Of a stretch of DNA of 64,000 nt, positions 1 through 12,124 are shown piece by piece. The notes under the pieces are model-generated. The model was given only the letters and a program-made list of their open reading frames with translations. It ran no database searches and was not told where the DNA came from. Position numbers and translations under genes: made by a program. How positions within the stretch are numbered: position 1 is the stretch's first letter; each line of letters opens with the position of its first letter. The stretch is from Paecilomyces variotii (taxonomy: Eukaryota), in the NCBI GenBank assembly GCA_004022145.1, contig RCNU01000005.1. The stretch is one strand, 5' to 3'.

Positions 1-371
1 GAGCACGCCCTCCGTTTCGGGGTTCAGGGTGGCTTTAACTAATTAATTAACTGCTCGTGGCGGAGCCGATGATCCCTTGAGCACGTTCACCTCCCGAACC
101 GTGGCGAACGAAATAATCGCTCCGGAGAGAGTAAGGGTATTGGTCTATCATTGGCGGGGCATGGACATCGTCGAAGCGTATTGACATTCACCTGAAACAC
201 TTCTGCATATAATTGAACATAGCTGTATTCGCTGGATATATGGTTACATGCCAGGTTTCGACTTCTAACATAATTACAGCTTCTAGCGACAAAGAAACGA
301 CTGCTGACTGATGACCAGCGTATGCACATGCGAAAAAAAAACAACTTAAAATCAGGAACCCTCGCGGATGT

Positions 372-1922
372 TCAGTTATCAAAGGTATATCGCAGCCACT
401 CCCCGACCGCTTTCAGACTCTCCCATCTCACCGATTCGTCTGAATCCGCCATCAGTTCCATGACCCTCGTCTTTAACCCCAGTTTCTCCAGTTGCGCGCG
501 CCTTTCTGGGACCTCCTTCACGAGGTTACCCACATCGTTACATCCGATAGCCAGGACCTGCTTGTCATTGTCCCAGCTCTTAGACAGAATCTCCGCCAGT
601 TTCTTAGGCAGAGCACCCCGATCGGCGTCGAGAATGCGACGTGCGTTCTCTCTCCAGAAGGTGGGGTTGCGGTGAGGCGGCGACCAACGCAGGTGACCGG
701 ACTGCACTTCGGCTGCGTACTGGTCAAACGTCGTCTGGGTCTTCGTGTACTCGTCCAACATCTCGGACAGTGACTGTAGGTCCTCAAGCAGGTCCGGGTC
801 CGTCAAATGGCGACCGCCCAGGTTGGAGAGTAGTGCCGGGAGGCGGACAAACACAGCCACAGGCAGCAGTGTCGTCCGGTTCGTAGAAAGCAAGTTGTTC
901 AGCGTAGCCAGGAGTAGACGAGTGGTCTTCTCCTTTGGAGAGAGTCGTAGCAATTGGGTGTACAATGCAATGAATTCATGGTCCCTAGAGAGCGTTAGAA
1001 TGGCTCGTCGTCGATTGCGTACGGGGTCCTCACGATTCCAGATCGTCGCCCACCAGTTCACCTGCAAAGCTTAATTGCCAAAGAACAAGAAGGACGTGGT
1101 AGAGAAGCTGCAGTCCCACGCCTCCTCCAATGCCGGGTTCAAGACTCCGGATGCTTCCCGTCGCCCCCAGAGTTGTGGAACCTGTTTCTTTCGCACCAGC
1201 GGCTGCACGGAGTATCTCAATCAAAGGGTCTACCGTCTCCTTCCTCTGACTCCAAAAGATCTCTCTGGACCGCTGTGTCTGGAGCAATGCGGAGAAACCT
1301 TGGACGCCGATATCTTGCAGTCCGCTATCCTGGTTCTTAGTGAGCGTGGATAGGTAAGCGTAGAGCTGCGTAAGAGCCTCCTCGTCTCGTCCAGCAGACT
1401 TTGTCGAGGATTTTAAACTGGTGGAAACAAGCGCTGTCAAGAAGGTCGAGGTGAGGAGAGGTATCGGGTCTTCCGTGCTCGTGGAGTGACGGAGAAGGGG
1501 GAGGAACGGCTTGTATGGATCGGGATGCGCAACGATTGCAGGTGCAAGTGACGGTGCATCTACAGCGGATGTGATTAGCGTCGAATATAGCAGATAGATC
1601 GAGACCTCGTCGTTACTGGCACTATACCATTGATCAGATCCGTAGCCAGAACTAGGATGTACTGGACGATATCTGTCCGGCGAGACGCCGTCTCCAAGAC
1701 ACTCTTGCCATCTGGACCTCCGGCCAGCAGAGTCGTATAGCCTTTCAGATCACCCTCCACGGTCTGTTTCCGCTGCTCCTTGCGCACCTTATCCACCGCC
1801 TTGATCTTCTTTAGGTGGTCATCGGTGATGTTTCCAGCTCGGACGGCACCTTCCCAGGGGATTGGCCGCGCGCGGATGTTGTTCTCCAGGGAGCTGAGAT
1901 AGGTCGGTGGCTCCAACGACAT
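372..1922 (-). CDS. VMA13: V-type ATPase V1 subunit H, 3 exons (introns ~1560-1627 and ~985-1033)
   Basis: Joined ORFs give MSLEPPTYL..RARPIPWEGAVRAG ... SPKEKTTRLLLATLNNL ... SGHLRWSPPHRNPTFWRENA ... VLAIGCNDVG ... VRWESLKAV, typical of V-ATPase H; GT..CTAAY..AG introns keep frame. Confidence 0.95.
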
Positions 1923-2411
1923 CGTGCGCGAAAAGACTAAGGAGAGAAGAGACGTCTGAGAAAGTCGATCGTGTTCGCAACTCGAGCTCCGGACGTCGTC
2001 GAGAGTGAGCTGGGACGGAGCTCCGCGTGCCAGGACTCCCCACGCCAAGAGCGGCTGGGCGGCTGCGGTGGTACCTCATAGTTAGTAGTTAGCCTCGTCG
2101 TCTTCTTCCCATCGTCAACGAGGCGGGAAGCACTTAAACACGCGCAATCTGACCAGGGTGTCCTCTTGCTTTGTACCACCGTACCCATGGCCTTCTTGGT
2201 CCCAGTCGCTCGTTTATGACCGTTTTCTCCATCCAGCAGAATTAATCCGCGACCCGAAAAGGCTTACGAAGCTTCCGTTTCGACGTTGACAACACTGTAA
2301 CTACGAGCCTCGAACTACGCCCAGGAATTGCCCCCACCCATGCGCATTGCGCGCTCCATATATGTCCTGGGAAGTAACTGGATATCGATTTGCCCATAAT
2401 CCCAGAGCACC

Positions 2412-5117
2412 ATGTCGCAGAATTCGCAGCAGACGAAACCCAAATGGGGTGTGGGATCTTTTCTGCAGCAGGCAGTAGCAGGTGTCGAGTCGAGATTAGA
2501 TCAGATTCTCGCCGAGGAAGACGTTCAGAAACATGGGGCTACAAGGAATAAACCGCTAGAGGATATGGCAAGTCAGGCAGGAACTTCCGCGCAAAAATTG
2601 GCAGCGAGTTGTATGATGCCTCTATAAATATTTGTCTGAGCCTGTGGCTAACAACTCTTCCAGCCGTCTCGCGCAGCTCGTCCACTGCGCGAAAGAACGA
2701 CCGTTTACAGGAACGACTGGCTCGTGCCATGGCGAAATCTAACACAGCCGGAAGCTTGGCAAGTCCCCCTTCGAGTGGAGCACCATCTCGAACGTCCAGC
2801 CCTCTGCCTGGAAACGACCCGCGTTCTAGCATCGACAGTTCCGCTGGCAATGTTGAAGAGACCGTACGGAGCCCTACGAAAGAACGAAGCCCATCTATTA
2901 CCTCATCTGCACCTCGAAGTAGTCATGATTCCGACCGGCTGTTACAAGATTCCAAAGAGACGCAGTTGGAGCTGGGCGAGGGACCGATATCGACCGCTGC
3001 TTCAGAGGAGAAGGAGACACAGCATGACGAAGTCGATAGTAAACCAGAGACCCCCGAAGTACTCCAAGACCGCGTACAGACCTCGACACCAGATACGACT
3101 GGAGCTACTCCTGCGCCATTAAACGAATATGAAGCGACTGTAGCTCAACTGAAAGCAGATCATAAAGCCTCTGAGTCAAAGTGGCAGGAAGAGATGTATG
3201 GATACCTTGAGCGGATCGACGCGCTGCAATCGAAGTTGAAATACCTGGCGAAAGAGGCTGCTGAGTCCGCAAAGAAAGCCGCCGCTACTGCCGAGCCTGG
3301 AAGCATCCAAAAGCAACTCCTGGAAAAGGATGAACGAATCGCTCTACTACTTGAAGAAGGCCAAAAGTTATCGAAGAGTGAAATGGACCACCGAATAGCA
3401 ATCAAGAAACTCCGACAACAGCTTTCGGAGAATAGTAAAAGCCAGGTTGAGGCTAAAAAGAAGACCGACAAGTTGGAGCGGGATCTAGCTGCTGCAGAAG
3501 CAAGAGCCAAACGAGCGGAAGCAGCGGAGAAAAAGGCGAGCGAATCGTTAAGTGTCCAGACAAAGATTTCCAAAGAGGCGGAAGCCGTCGCCGCGGAAAG
3601 GAGCTCCCTGAAAGCGATGATACAGGATTTGAAAGATCAACTCGCCCAGGAAAAAGCAAGAGCCGAAGCTGCAGAAGAGAAGGCCCAGACGGAGGCTTTG
3701 GAGGAAGAGAGACGGCGGGTAGCCGGGCTCCAGGATGACCTCTCGAGTGCCAAGATTGAACGTGAGCTAAGCGAAGAAAAGCTAAGGAGAGAGATCAGGG
3801 ACCTTAAGGATGGCATCGAGCGGGAAAAGGAAAAGGCCAGAGTCCTGGAGGTGGAGTTGAAAGGCGAACAATCTGCTATGGAAAGCCAGATGGAAACGCT
3901 CCGCGCCAGAGCAGAAGAGGTTTCATCAAGCGCTGCAGGGGACTCTCAAGCGAAGCTGCTCCGCCAGATTGAAACACTTCAGACCCAATACTCTGTTGCT
4001 AGCCAGAATTGGCAGACTCTGGAGGGCTCCTTGCTTTCTCGCCTGGCGAATGTAGAGAAAGAACGCGACGAATGCGCAAAACGGGAGGGAGACCTACGAC
4101 GAAAAGTCCGCGAACTGGTAAGTCTAAACCTAATATTTAGTGTCTGAGTATCAGAACTGATGCTGACTGGCTATACAGAGTATTAATGCGAAGAAGACTG
4201 AGGAAGAGCTCGAGAACTCCAAAGAACATATACAGGATCTGGAGCGTAGTCTTGAAGAAACCAAACAGGAGGTGCAAAAGCTGACAGAGAAGCTCAAGAA
4301 GGCCAATGATGATGTAAACGCAGCAAAGAAAGAATTAACAGAGCAGCAGAAGCTTTCCGAGGCGACTCTCTCTCAAAAACTAGAGGAAGAAAGGAGCAAA
4401 TGGCGCGAACAAGCTACCTCGCCAACTTCATTCCTTCAACAACCTCGTACAGAATCACCAGTGGCGTCCAGCCGCAGATCCACGGTGGGACTCGATCCCA
4501 TGTCTGACCTCAGACCGCTAAGTCGTCGCTCATCGACATTACCAGTACAATCTCCTGAATTCGGTACTCCTTCGCGACAAGACTCTTATCCTTCCATAAG
4601 CTCTCCACCCACTACCAACGGAGCATCAAACCCGATGCTCATGCGAACCCCTTCCATCACTTTTGAGCCGGACGAATTCTATGGAGGCCCCGGTACTCCT
4701 GTGACACCATCTGCATTCGGTGCCGGACAGACACACCATTCACGAGGCATCAATGATATTATTTCCGTCTCGACAGTAGGGGCGGGCCCATCTGTTCAAC
4801 TAGTTGAGCGAATGAGTGCCACTGTTCGTCGTCTTGAAAGCGAGAGAGCGGCGTCGAAAGATGAACTTGCACGTATCACAGCCCAGCGTGACACAGCCAG
4901 GCAGGAAGTTGTCGAACTGATGCGCGAGGTTGAGGACAAGAGGAAGTCAGACGCCCGTGTACAGGAGCTGGAAGCGCATATTGCGGATCTCGACCAGCGG
5001 TACGAGACGACTCTCGAGTTGCTCGGGGAGAAGAGCGAACAAGTGGAAGAACTACAAGCAGACATCGCTGATCTAAAGAAGATCTATCGGGAACTGGTTG
5101 ACAGTACGATGAAGTGA
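2412..5117 (+). CDS. TMF1/Sgm1-like coiled-coil golgin (TATA element modulatory factor family), 3 exons
   Basis: N-terminal W..SFLQQAVAGVESRLDQIL, long coiled coil with EKDERIALLLEEGQKLSK, C-terminal SVQLVERMSATVRRLESE...YETTLELLGEKSEQVEELQADIADLKKIYR; introns ~2611-2663 and ~4118-4178. Confidence 0.88.
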
Positions 5118-5425
5118 TGTTGGCCCACCTTTCAAATTTAATTCTTGTATATCTACAGTTTCCAGACCTTTCTTTTCAGGAATTCATGACGCAATGTGTC
5201 TATGTGAACTAGATTTTGTGATGGATGTCCTTGATATCATTGTATACATAATTTTACGAACATGTCATGGAAATTATGTATGGACACTGGGGTATCTTCT
5301 AGGTCCTATGTCAATATTTTGAGCCCTTCCTACCGCTAGTATTAAACGAGAGTCCTCCCAATCCTTTTTGCGCCATTCTCATGCAAATATGCGGACTCTG
5401 CCAAATCTGCCCAAGCTAAGTATTT

Positions 5426-6520
5426 CTATGGAAGGTCTATACCTTCCCTCTCGGCAGTCTGCAAAATATACTTGCGTACCTAGATACCACCCCGCGTCAG
5501 CTAGGACATAACATGAATATCTAGATTCCGCAGCAAACCAGCCTTACCTTCGTGTCAGGGGCCAGGTCAATGGCTAAAGCACCACTTGAGTCTCTCTTAT
5601 CGGGCTCTGCGCCGGCCTTAAGCAGTAGGATTGCCGCATCACCATGTCCTTCTGCGATTGAATGGTGTAGAGCTGTCAAACCGTCCACATCCGTTGCATT
5701 TACCGGGCTCTTACCCTCCTCCAGGAGTATCTTGAGTATGGGAATTGATCCAACAGCGGCAGCTCTGTGTAGTGGTAGCTGCCCGCGCTTGTCCTTTACC
5801 CTTGCGCTGCATTTGTGGGCTATGAGCGTCTTCACAGTACTAAGATTTGATTTCGATGTAGCGAGGTGAAGAGCGTTCTGTATGTAGACAAGATGCGTCA
5901 GTCTCACTTGTTAAGACAAACGTTTGTCTTGCAGAAAACTGACCTGTCCATTGATACTTTTCATATTCACATCTGCTTCTTTGCGCAGTAGCAACTCAAT
6001 GATCGGGTCGCCTTCGGCATCTTTCAGACTAGCTGCGATCATAAGAGGTGTCCATCCCGAACCATCCTGCACCAATACCATGAGCATTCGTCTTATAAAA
6101 AAATTGAACGAATAGCGAGCAGATATCGTGTATTACGGACCGTCACATCAGGGTCAAAGTTCTTCTGAGCTACAAGGAGCTCTACGATGGGTAAGCGGTT
6201 ATAGGCCACGGCCCAGTGTATCGGGAGTCGTTCATCGTCGTCTTTTAAGGAAGCAAGCTTAGGATTTGCCTATGGGAAACTAGCGTAAGTAAGAGCGACA
6301 CCACACAACGCATGCCTTGCGATTTGAGAGCTCTATTGTGATCGATGAGCCTCGAGCATGCGGGGCAACTTTAGGTGGTTCACTTACATTGAGAAGTGAC
6401 TCAACAACGGTGGCTGCGACTGTCAGAAATAAATTCCTCACGATGTATCAGGTGGAGCATACTCTTTCCTTCACGAGAAGCCTCGTGTATAGCGAATTTA
6501 GCGGCGTGATCTGGATCCAT
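5426..6520 (-). CDS. NAS6: Ankyrin-repeat 26S proteasome assembly chaperone (gankyrin/Nas6), about 6 exons
   Basis: MDPDHAAKFAIHEASREGK start; ankyrin motifs LPIHWA, WTPLMIAAS, NALHLATSK, GQLPLHRAAAVG, GLTALHHSIAEGH; ends VRKYILQTAEREGIDLP-stop. Confidence 0.88.
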
Positions 6521-6892
6521 TGCGAATAGCTGCTTCGATCTACAGCGGAATCTATGGAGGAGAGTGGCGGGGGAGCTTCGGGCGAGGATGAAGGCGCATC
6601 GGTGGTCCGAGCTCCCAACTTCTGAAAGTCGAAAGTTGCGCGACACCGTGAAGACTATCCGCTCAGCACCTTTTCACGTCCTCAACCTCTGCCTTCTGTG
6701 AGGCACCTGTCTGTCTCTCGAATCACGAGGATTCTGCACATTCTGTCTTGGATGTGCTAGGATTCTGTTTTGTCCTTTGCACGTTTGCTGTGACTGGAGC
6801 TGGGTCTTCTCACTCGAACCTGTTCCGTACCACCGTCGAAATATTCATATTCTCCATCATATACGGAGAACACAGCGCAATTGATACAGACC

Positions 6893-8254
6893 ATGGATGT
6901 ACTACCGAATCCTCTTCCTCCTGACCAGGCGGTCCGCGCATCGACGAAACGAACCATCGAGCTTTTTGGTTCCGACTACTTGCTAGCCACGCCATCTACG
7001 GACGGAAATGGTTCGATTGGGCTATCGTATAGACGAAAGGCAGAATACGAGGATGTGAAAGAGCTCCCACCATCCCTCGCGGAGAAGCAGGCCAAGGCAC
7101 TGGCCGGTCGGGCGAAGCGTCCCAGAACCCAAGCGCAAGCACAGGCGGCAGCAGGCCCGGGCGGTTCATCAATGGCACTTGTGAAGGGCGCTCCTGGTGC
7201 CGCAGCAGGTGCTGCTGGCGAGAACCAGGCCAGAAGTCTGATACAGAGACCATCTGCTACCCGCCAGCAGAAACCCGACTGGCATGCTCCTTGGAAGCTG
7301 ATGAGGGTGATATCTGGACACCTTGGATGGGTGCGATGTTTAGCGGTTGAACCCAACAACGAATGGTTTGCAAGTGGTGCCGGAGATCGGACAATCAAAA
7401 TTTGGAATTTGGCGACGGGAAGCTTGCGTCTTACGCTCACTGGTCATATATCTACAGTCAGAGGTCTGGCTGTTTCTCCTCGGCATCCGTATCTGTTCTC
7501 ATGTGGTGAGGACAAAATGGTGAAGTGCTGGGATCTTGAGACGAATAAGGTCATCCGTCATTATCACGGTCATCTGAGCGGGGTGTACACCTTGGCTCTT
7601 CATCCTAGGCTCGACGTTCTGGTAACTGGTGGTCGTGACGGTGTTGCCAGAGTCTGGGATATGCGGACTCGAAGCAACATTCACGTCTTGAGCGGCCACA
7701 AGGGTACCGTGGCGGATGTGAAGTGCCAGGAAGCAGATCCCCAGATAATCACTGGATCCCTCGATACAACTGTTCGCCTCTGGGATCTTGCTGCAGGCAA
7801 GTCTATGGGCGTCCTAACTCACCACAAGAAGGGCGTGCGGAGTATCGTGACACATCCGAAGGAGTTCACCTTTGCTAGCGCCAGCACAGGAAGCATCAAA
7901 CAGTGGAAGTGCCCCGAAGGTGCCTTCATGCAGAACTTCGAAGGCCACAACGCAGTCATCAATACTATGGCCGTCAACGAAGACAACGTTCTCTTCTCCG
8001 GTGGTGATAACGGCTCTATGTCGTTCTGGGACTGGAAAACAGGATATCGCTTCCAATCTCTCGATACTACTGCTCAACCTGGTTCATTGGATGCTGAGGC
8101 TGGTATTATGTCCTCTACCTTTGATCGCACTGGTCTGCGATTAATCGTCGGAGAGGCCGACAAGACCATCAAGATCTGGAAGCCAGATGACGAAGCTACC
8201 CCCGAAACCCATCCACTGGACTGGAAGCCCACTCTGGGCCGACAGAAATATTAG
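6893..8254 (+). CDS. PRP46: WD40 pre-mRNA splicing factor Prp46/PLRG1, single exon
   Basis: [23 protein letters not shown], multiple GH..WD repeats, SLDAEAGI and [19 protein letters not shown] signature. Confidence 0.96.
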   Translation: MDVLPNPLPPDQAVRASTKRTIELFGSDYLLATPSTDGNGSIGLSYRRKAEYEDVKELPPSLAEKQAKALAGRAKRPRTQAQAQAAAGPGGSSMALVKGAPGAAAGAAGENQARSLIQRPSATRQQKPDWHAPWKLMRVISGHLGWVRCLAVEPNNEWFASGAGDRTIKIWNLATGSLRLTLTGHISTVRGLAVSPRHPYLFSCGEDKMVKCWDLETNKVIRHYHGHLSGVYTLALHPRLDVLVTGGRDGVARVWDMRTRSNIHVLSGHKGTVADVKCQEADPQIITGSLDTTVRLWDLAAGKSMGVLTHHKKGVRSIVTHPKEFTFASASTGSIKQWKCPEGAFMQNFEGHNAVINTMAVNEDNVLFSGGDNGSMSFWDWKTGYRFQSLDTTAQPGSLDAEAGIMSSTFDRTGLRLIVGEADKTIKIWKPDDEATPETHPLDWKPTLGRQKY

Positions 8255-8702
8255 TCCGCTTGTCTCTATTGATCGCTATGTTATTCTACGGGCCGTTACG
8301 GTATGGCATTGTTTTTTCTTTTAGCTGCGAAAGCCCGGTGTATTAGAAGGCGTTCTGGTGCTCTATATTTGTCGCGAACTGGGAACACGGAAATGCATAC
8401 ATATCCTTACCTTGGTTCGTACAAGGTGAAAAGACATATTTTATACCATACTACTACTCTAGTGTCCTGATCAATATATCTCAATGCGCTGCTGCATTCC
8501 TTGAATTTTTTATATTGTTCTATCTGAACCATAATAATACAATTTCGCGCGATTCGAATCGATCCATCTATCTGATAATAAAGTCTTATGGGAGGGTATC
8601 ATTCCAAGAAAAAACGCCGGTTTGATGCCTCTGCTTATTTTCATCCATAGCCATCTTCATAACCCGGTGGCATGATAAATAGAAAAGGGGAAAAGGGGAT
8701 TA

Positions 8703-11235
8703 TCACTGATCAAATCCCAAACCCAGACCTTTTGCCTCTGGATCTTCTCTAAATGCAGCTCTCACATCTTCTGGAGCAACGCGTAGTCTGACCTTACCAC
8801 TCCTGTCACCTCTGCCTAAGAGTCCTGTGCCTAGAGCACCTTTCATACCGATTCTGGTCTCTAACACCACGACACCCGAATCCATTAGTTCCATGGCTGC
8901 GAATCCCATCGCTTTCACACGCGCACCGGTGGACCCGCCAAGAAGGAACTGTTTGATGCTTGTTCCAGCAGCGCCAGCGACAGCGACGGCTGCATCGGCG
9001 ATGCGTCTTGCTTCGTCGAGGACATCCCCGAGCGTGGACTCAGATATGCCAGTGCGTCGTGCGCGTGCAAGAAGCGCAGCGAGGAAGAGCTTGGCGGACA
9101 AGGGTAGAGTTCGGAGGGATTGCTGAAGGGGAGTGGAAGTGGCTTCGTTGATGGCTTGTTTGATTGTTGCTATCGTGACACGAGGCATAGCGTTGGGCTG
9201 TGGCTTCTTCCGAGGAGACTCGGTTTGTGATTTCTGGAGACGTTTCGACAGAGCCTTGTTCTGCCGTGCGGGCGTCTTTGATGGTGTTGGTGGAAGCGAT
9301 TCTACATCGTCCATATCTGTAGTGTCTTCCCCTTCGGCCTTCGCAGTTGTAGCCTCACTCGCTTGCTCCGCAATCTCTACGGCTCTGCGGCAGATGTCCA
9401 GCGCTCGTCGGGCATCTCCGCTGACTGCGGCGACTTTGCGACTGGCGAACTGAATAGCATCCGGGTCGACAATGTTTCCTGGGACATTGGCCAGTCGTGA
9501 TCCGATGATCTCCATAAGATCAGTGTGTTTGTAACCGGGAAACGTAATTCTAGTGAGACCAAGACGACTTGAGATCTTGTTGCTCAACGTCCGCTCCGGA
9601 AGATCCATGGTGTTCGCAACGGCGAGAACAATCAGACGGGAATGGCGGAGAGCAGGCCAGTTGAAAAAGTTGTACATCACTGATTGGTTCTTTGTGACCA
9701 GTTGATCAAGCTCGTCCATGAGAACCACACATGGTACTCTTCGAGGCGAAGGGTGAGAGAACTCTCGTTCAAGGAGGTCGAGGGCGTGAGAGGGAGATAC
9801 TCGGTCACCTTTCAGAGCCTCCCAGAGCAATGAATAAGACTGGTGCGGGTCCGTGACTTTCATGCCGTTGATCTCGACGAATATGAAATCGTCCATCTCC
9901 TCCGCCAGCACAGCAGCATTGAGCTGTGCGACAACTTCACGAACTGTCGCTGTCTTCCCTGTTCCCGGAGTCCCTGAGATATAGATACACGTTCCCGTTC
10001 CCTCGGAAATGGCAGCGCTTAGGTGTGCGTAGACTGTCTCGAACTCAGCGTTTCGGCATGGGAGAGAGGCCGGAACACTTGAGACGTGAAGTAGGGTACG
10101 TGCTTGAACATATGGAGAGGAAGCGAAGTGAGTCGGTGAGAGCATGCGGGTACCGAGGGGCGTAAACTCAAGGGGTTTCTTTATAACAATCCTAGAGGGA
10201 ATCGTCAGTTCTTATCTTAGGATAGATGTAACTTGGAAAATTGTAACATGCCGCTTATTGGAAGGCGTAGTAAGGGTCTTTTTCCGCTGCGACTGAGGTG
10301 TCACATTGAGAGCTGTCATCTTCTGTCGTTTCCTTGGTGTAGTCGGAGGGACGTCGTTATCCTTCCTGTCAACATACTGGACGACTGTCAGAACAAACCC
10401 CTGGGTTTCATTCAACGACCAGTATACTCACATCTTCGTCGGCAGCCTTGCGCTTCTTAGCTGCTTTCAACCCAGCTTTGACCATATCAATGAGTTCGAA
10501 TACTGCCTCACTATCTTCTTTGTATACGTCTTCCCAGACAAACTCTTGGGTATATCGACCCTGTAGCTGGTTGACACCCCTTCTGCAAATTATGGACCGG
10601 TTGTACTCCGCCAGCGCCTCCTTCCCCTTCGGCGGCGCACCGTTCGGATACTTGGCATAAAAGGCATCTTTGGACATAACAGTAGCCTTCCCGTTGATAG
10701 AGGTCAAAGGGTTCACGTTGAAATCGGCCGTGAGGTATTGCTCGTTGGGCAATGCATCTGCGCGCTTCTTATTCCTCGTGGAAAGGAATTCGTCCGGGGA
10801 GGCAAACCACATGACGTTGACCGACTTGACTGGTTCCCCAGTATCCTCACTTTCATCTTCCAAGAATTCAGATATAATGCCGACCCAGTCCTTTCCAGCC
10901 TCAGGCGATTTCAGCAGGATGACTTGACCCAGCTTGCATTCGAAAGAACCCATCCGGGCTGCGATGATCTTGCGCGCCTTTCTTGTAGCTGGCCGTGAGG
11001 ATCGCCTTCGACGTGGCTGGCTATCTGCATCATGCTGGACTGAATCCGTAGCGTCTTGGTCACCATCTTGTTCTTCTTCAGGTTCATAAACCCACTCCCA
11101 AGGGTGGTCTTCGTAGCCCAATTCATCGTCAGAGTCGTCGTGGACCACACCACCCTTGGTCAGCCATTCATGGCCTCGTTCCCGAACATTGCGATTCGGT
11201 CTGCCACCTGCTTGTTTGCTGTTGAGGGGGTCCAT
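8703..11235 (-). CDS. ORC1: Origin recognition complex subunit 1 (BAH-like N-terminus plus AAA+), 3 exons
   Basis: SLPCRNAEF, Walker A YISGTPGTGKT, Walker B VLMDELD, VMYNFFNWP, ANTMDLPER, SGDARRALDICRRA; introns ~10375-10428 and 10192-10251 (GC-AG). Confidence 0.95.
10192..10251 (-). other. Non-canonical GC-AG intron in ORC1
   Basis: Donor CG|GCATGT, branch ACTGAC, acceptor CTCTAG|G; this junction restores SNKR-IVIKKPLEFTPLGTRML in frame. Confidence 0.8.
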
Positions 11236-11335
11236 ATTGGCTGTAGCTCCTCTAGCCGTGAGGTTGGCGGTATTGCGGAGGACATCTGGTGGTAACTTGA
11301 ACACAAACGCATGGGCCAACTCCAAAATTCACAAG

Positions 11336-11360
11336 ACGCGTTTGGATCTCCGCAACGCGT
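11336..11360. promoter_or_regulatory. Two MluI cell-cycle boxes (ACGCGT) about 100 bp upstream of ORC1
   Basis: ACGCGTTTG at 11336 and 11355; MCB elements are the MBF-binding sites of fungal G1/S replication genes. Confidence 0.6.
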
Positions 11361-12124
11361 TTGCGCTGCTAATTATCACATTTACGGTTAGCACTATCGG
11401 GATGATCTTTGGGTGGGACCAATAATACCTGTTAGTTGTGTGTTGTATTGACTACCTAGGTATATTGACCATTTTACTATTTTGTACTCAGAATTGTTCG
11501 CATTCCAGTCTTATAATTCCCTTAAGTGAGAGAAGTTCCAAATTCACTTATATATCTGAGTCCATTGATCTTATTCTTACCATCTACTCAATTGAAACTA
11601 GTCCACAGGAGTTTAGGCTTGAGTCCCATTCAATTCTCTTAACAATTCCTATTTTCCTATGGATATTGCTATTCAAATCAATAGATGCCAAAGGTTCATT
11701 GGCATAGATACATGGATATCTCCTTTCAGTGTAGTTAAACAGGCAGTGCTGAGTCACTGGGGCGTGAGAAGTGAAAAGTGAAAGACCCTTGTTCCTTCAC
11801 GTTGCAGGAAGTCTTGCGGTTACCCGCGACAACATATGCTGCACAGCAAATTTGTCTCTCGCAAGTGTCCATTCACTTCCCTCTCCCACCTTTTTACCCC
11901 AGTTTTCAGTCCTAGGTGGTGGTCTCTCCCACATCAGCCCATTACCCCGAAAGTTGAGAGCTTCCCTTCCACTCTTGCCTTTCCCACACACAAGGGGACT
12001 GGGGGACGTCGTCTAGAAGGCTACGCTCTACCTTTCCCACACCTGTCCCATTTCCTCGACGAGCTGCATCTCTGGAGTTCGAGATTCTAATCAATAGAAG
12101 CTCAACACGAGGAATCGCGCAAAG

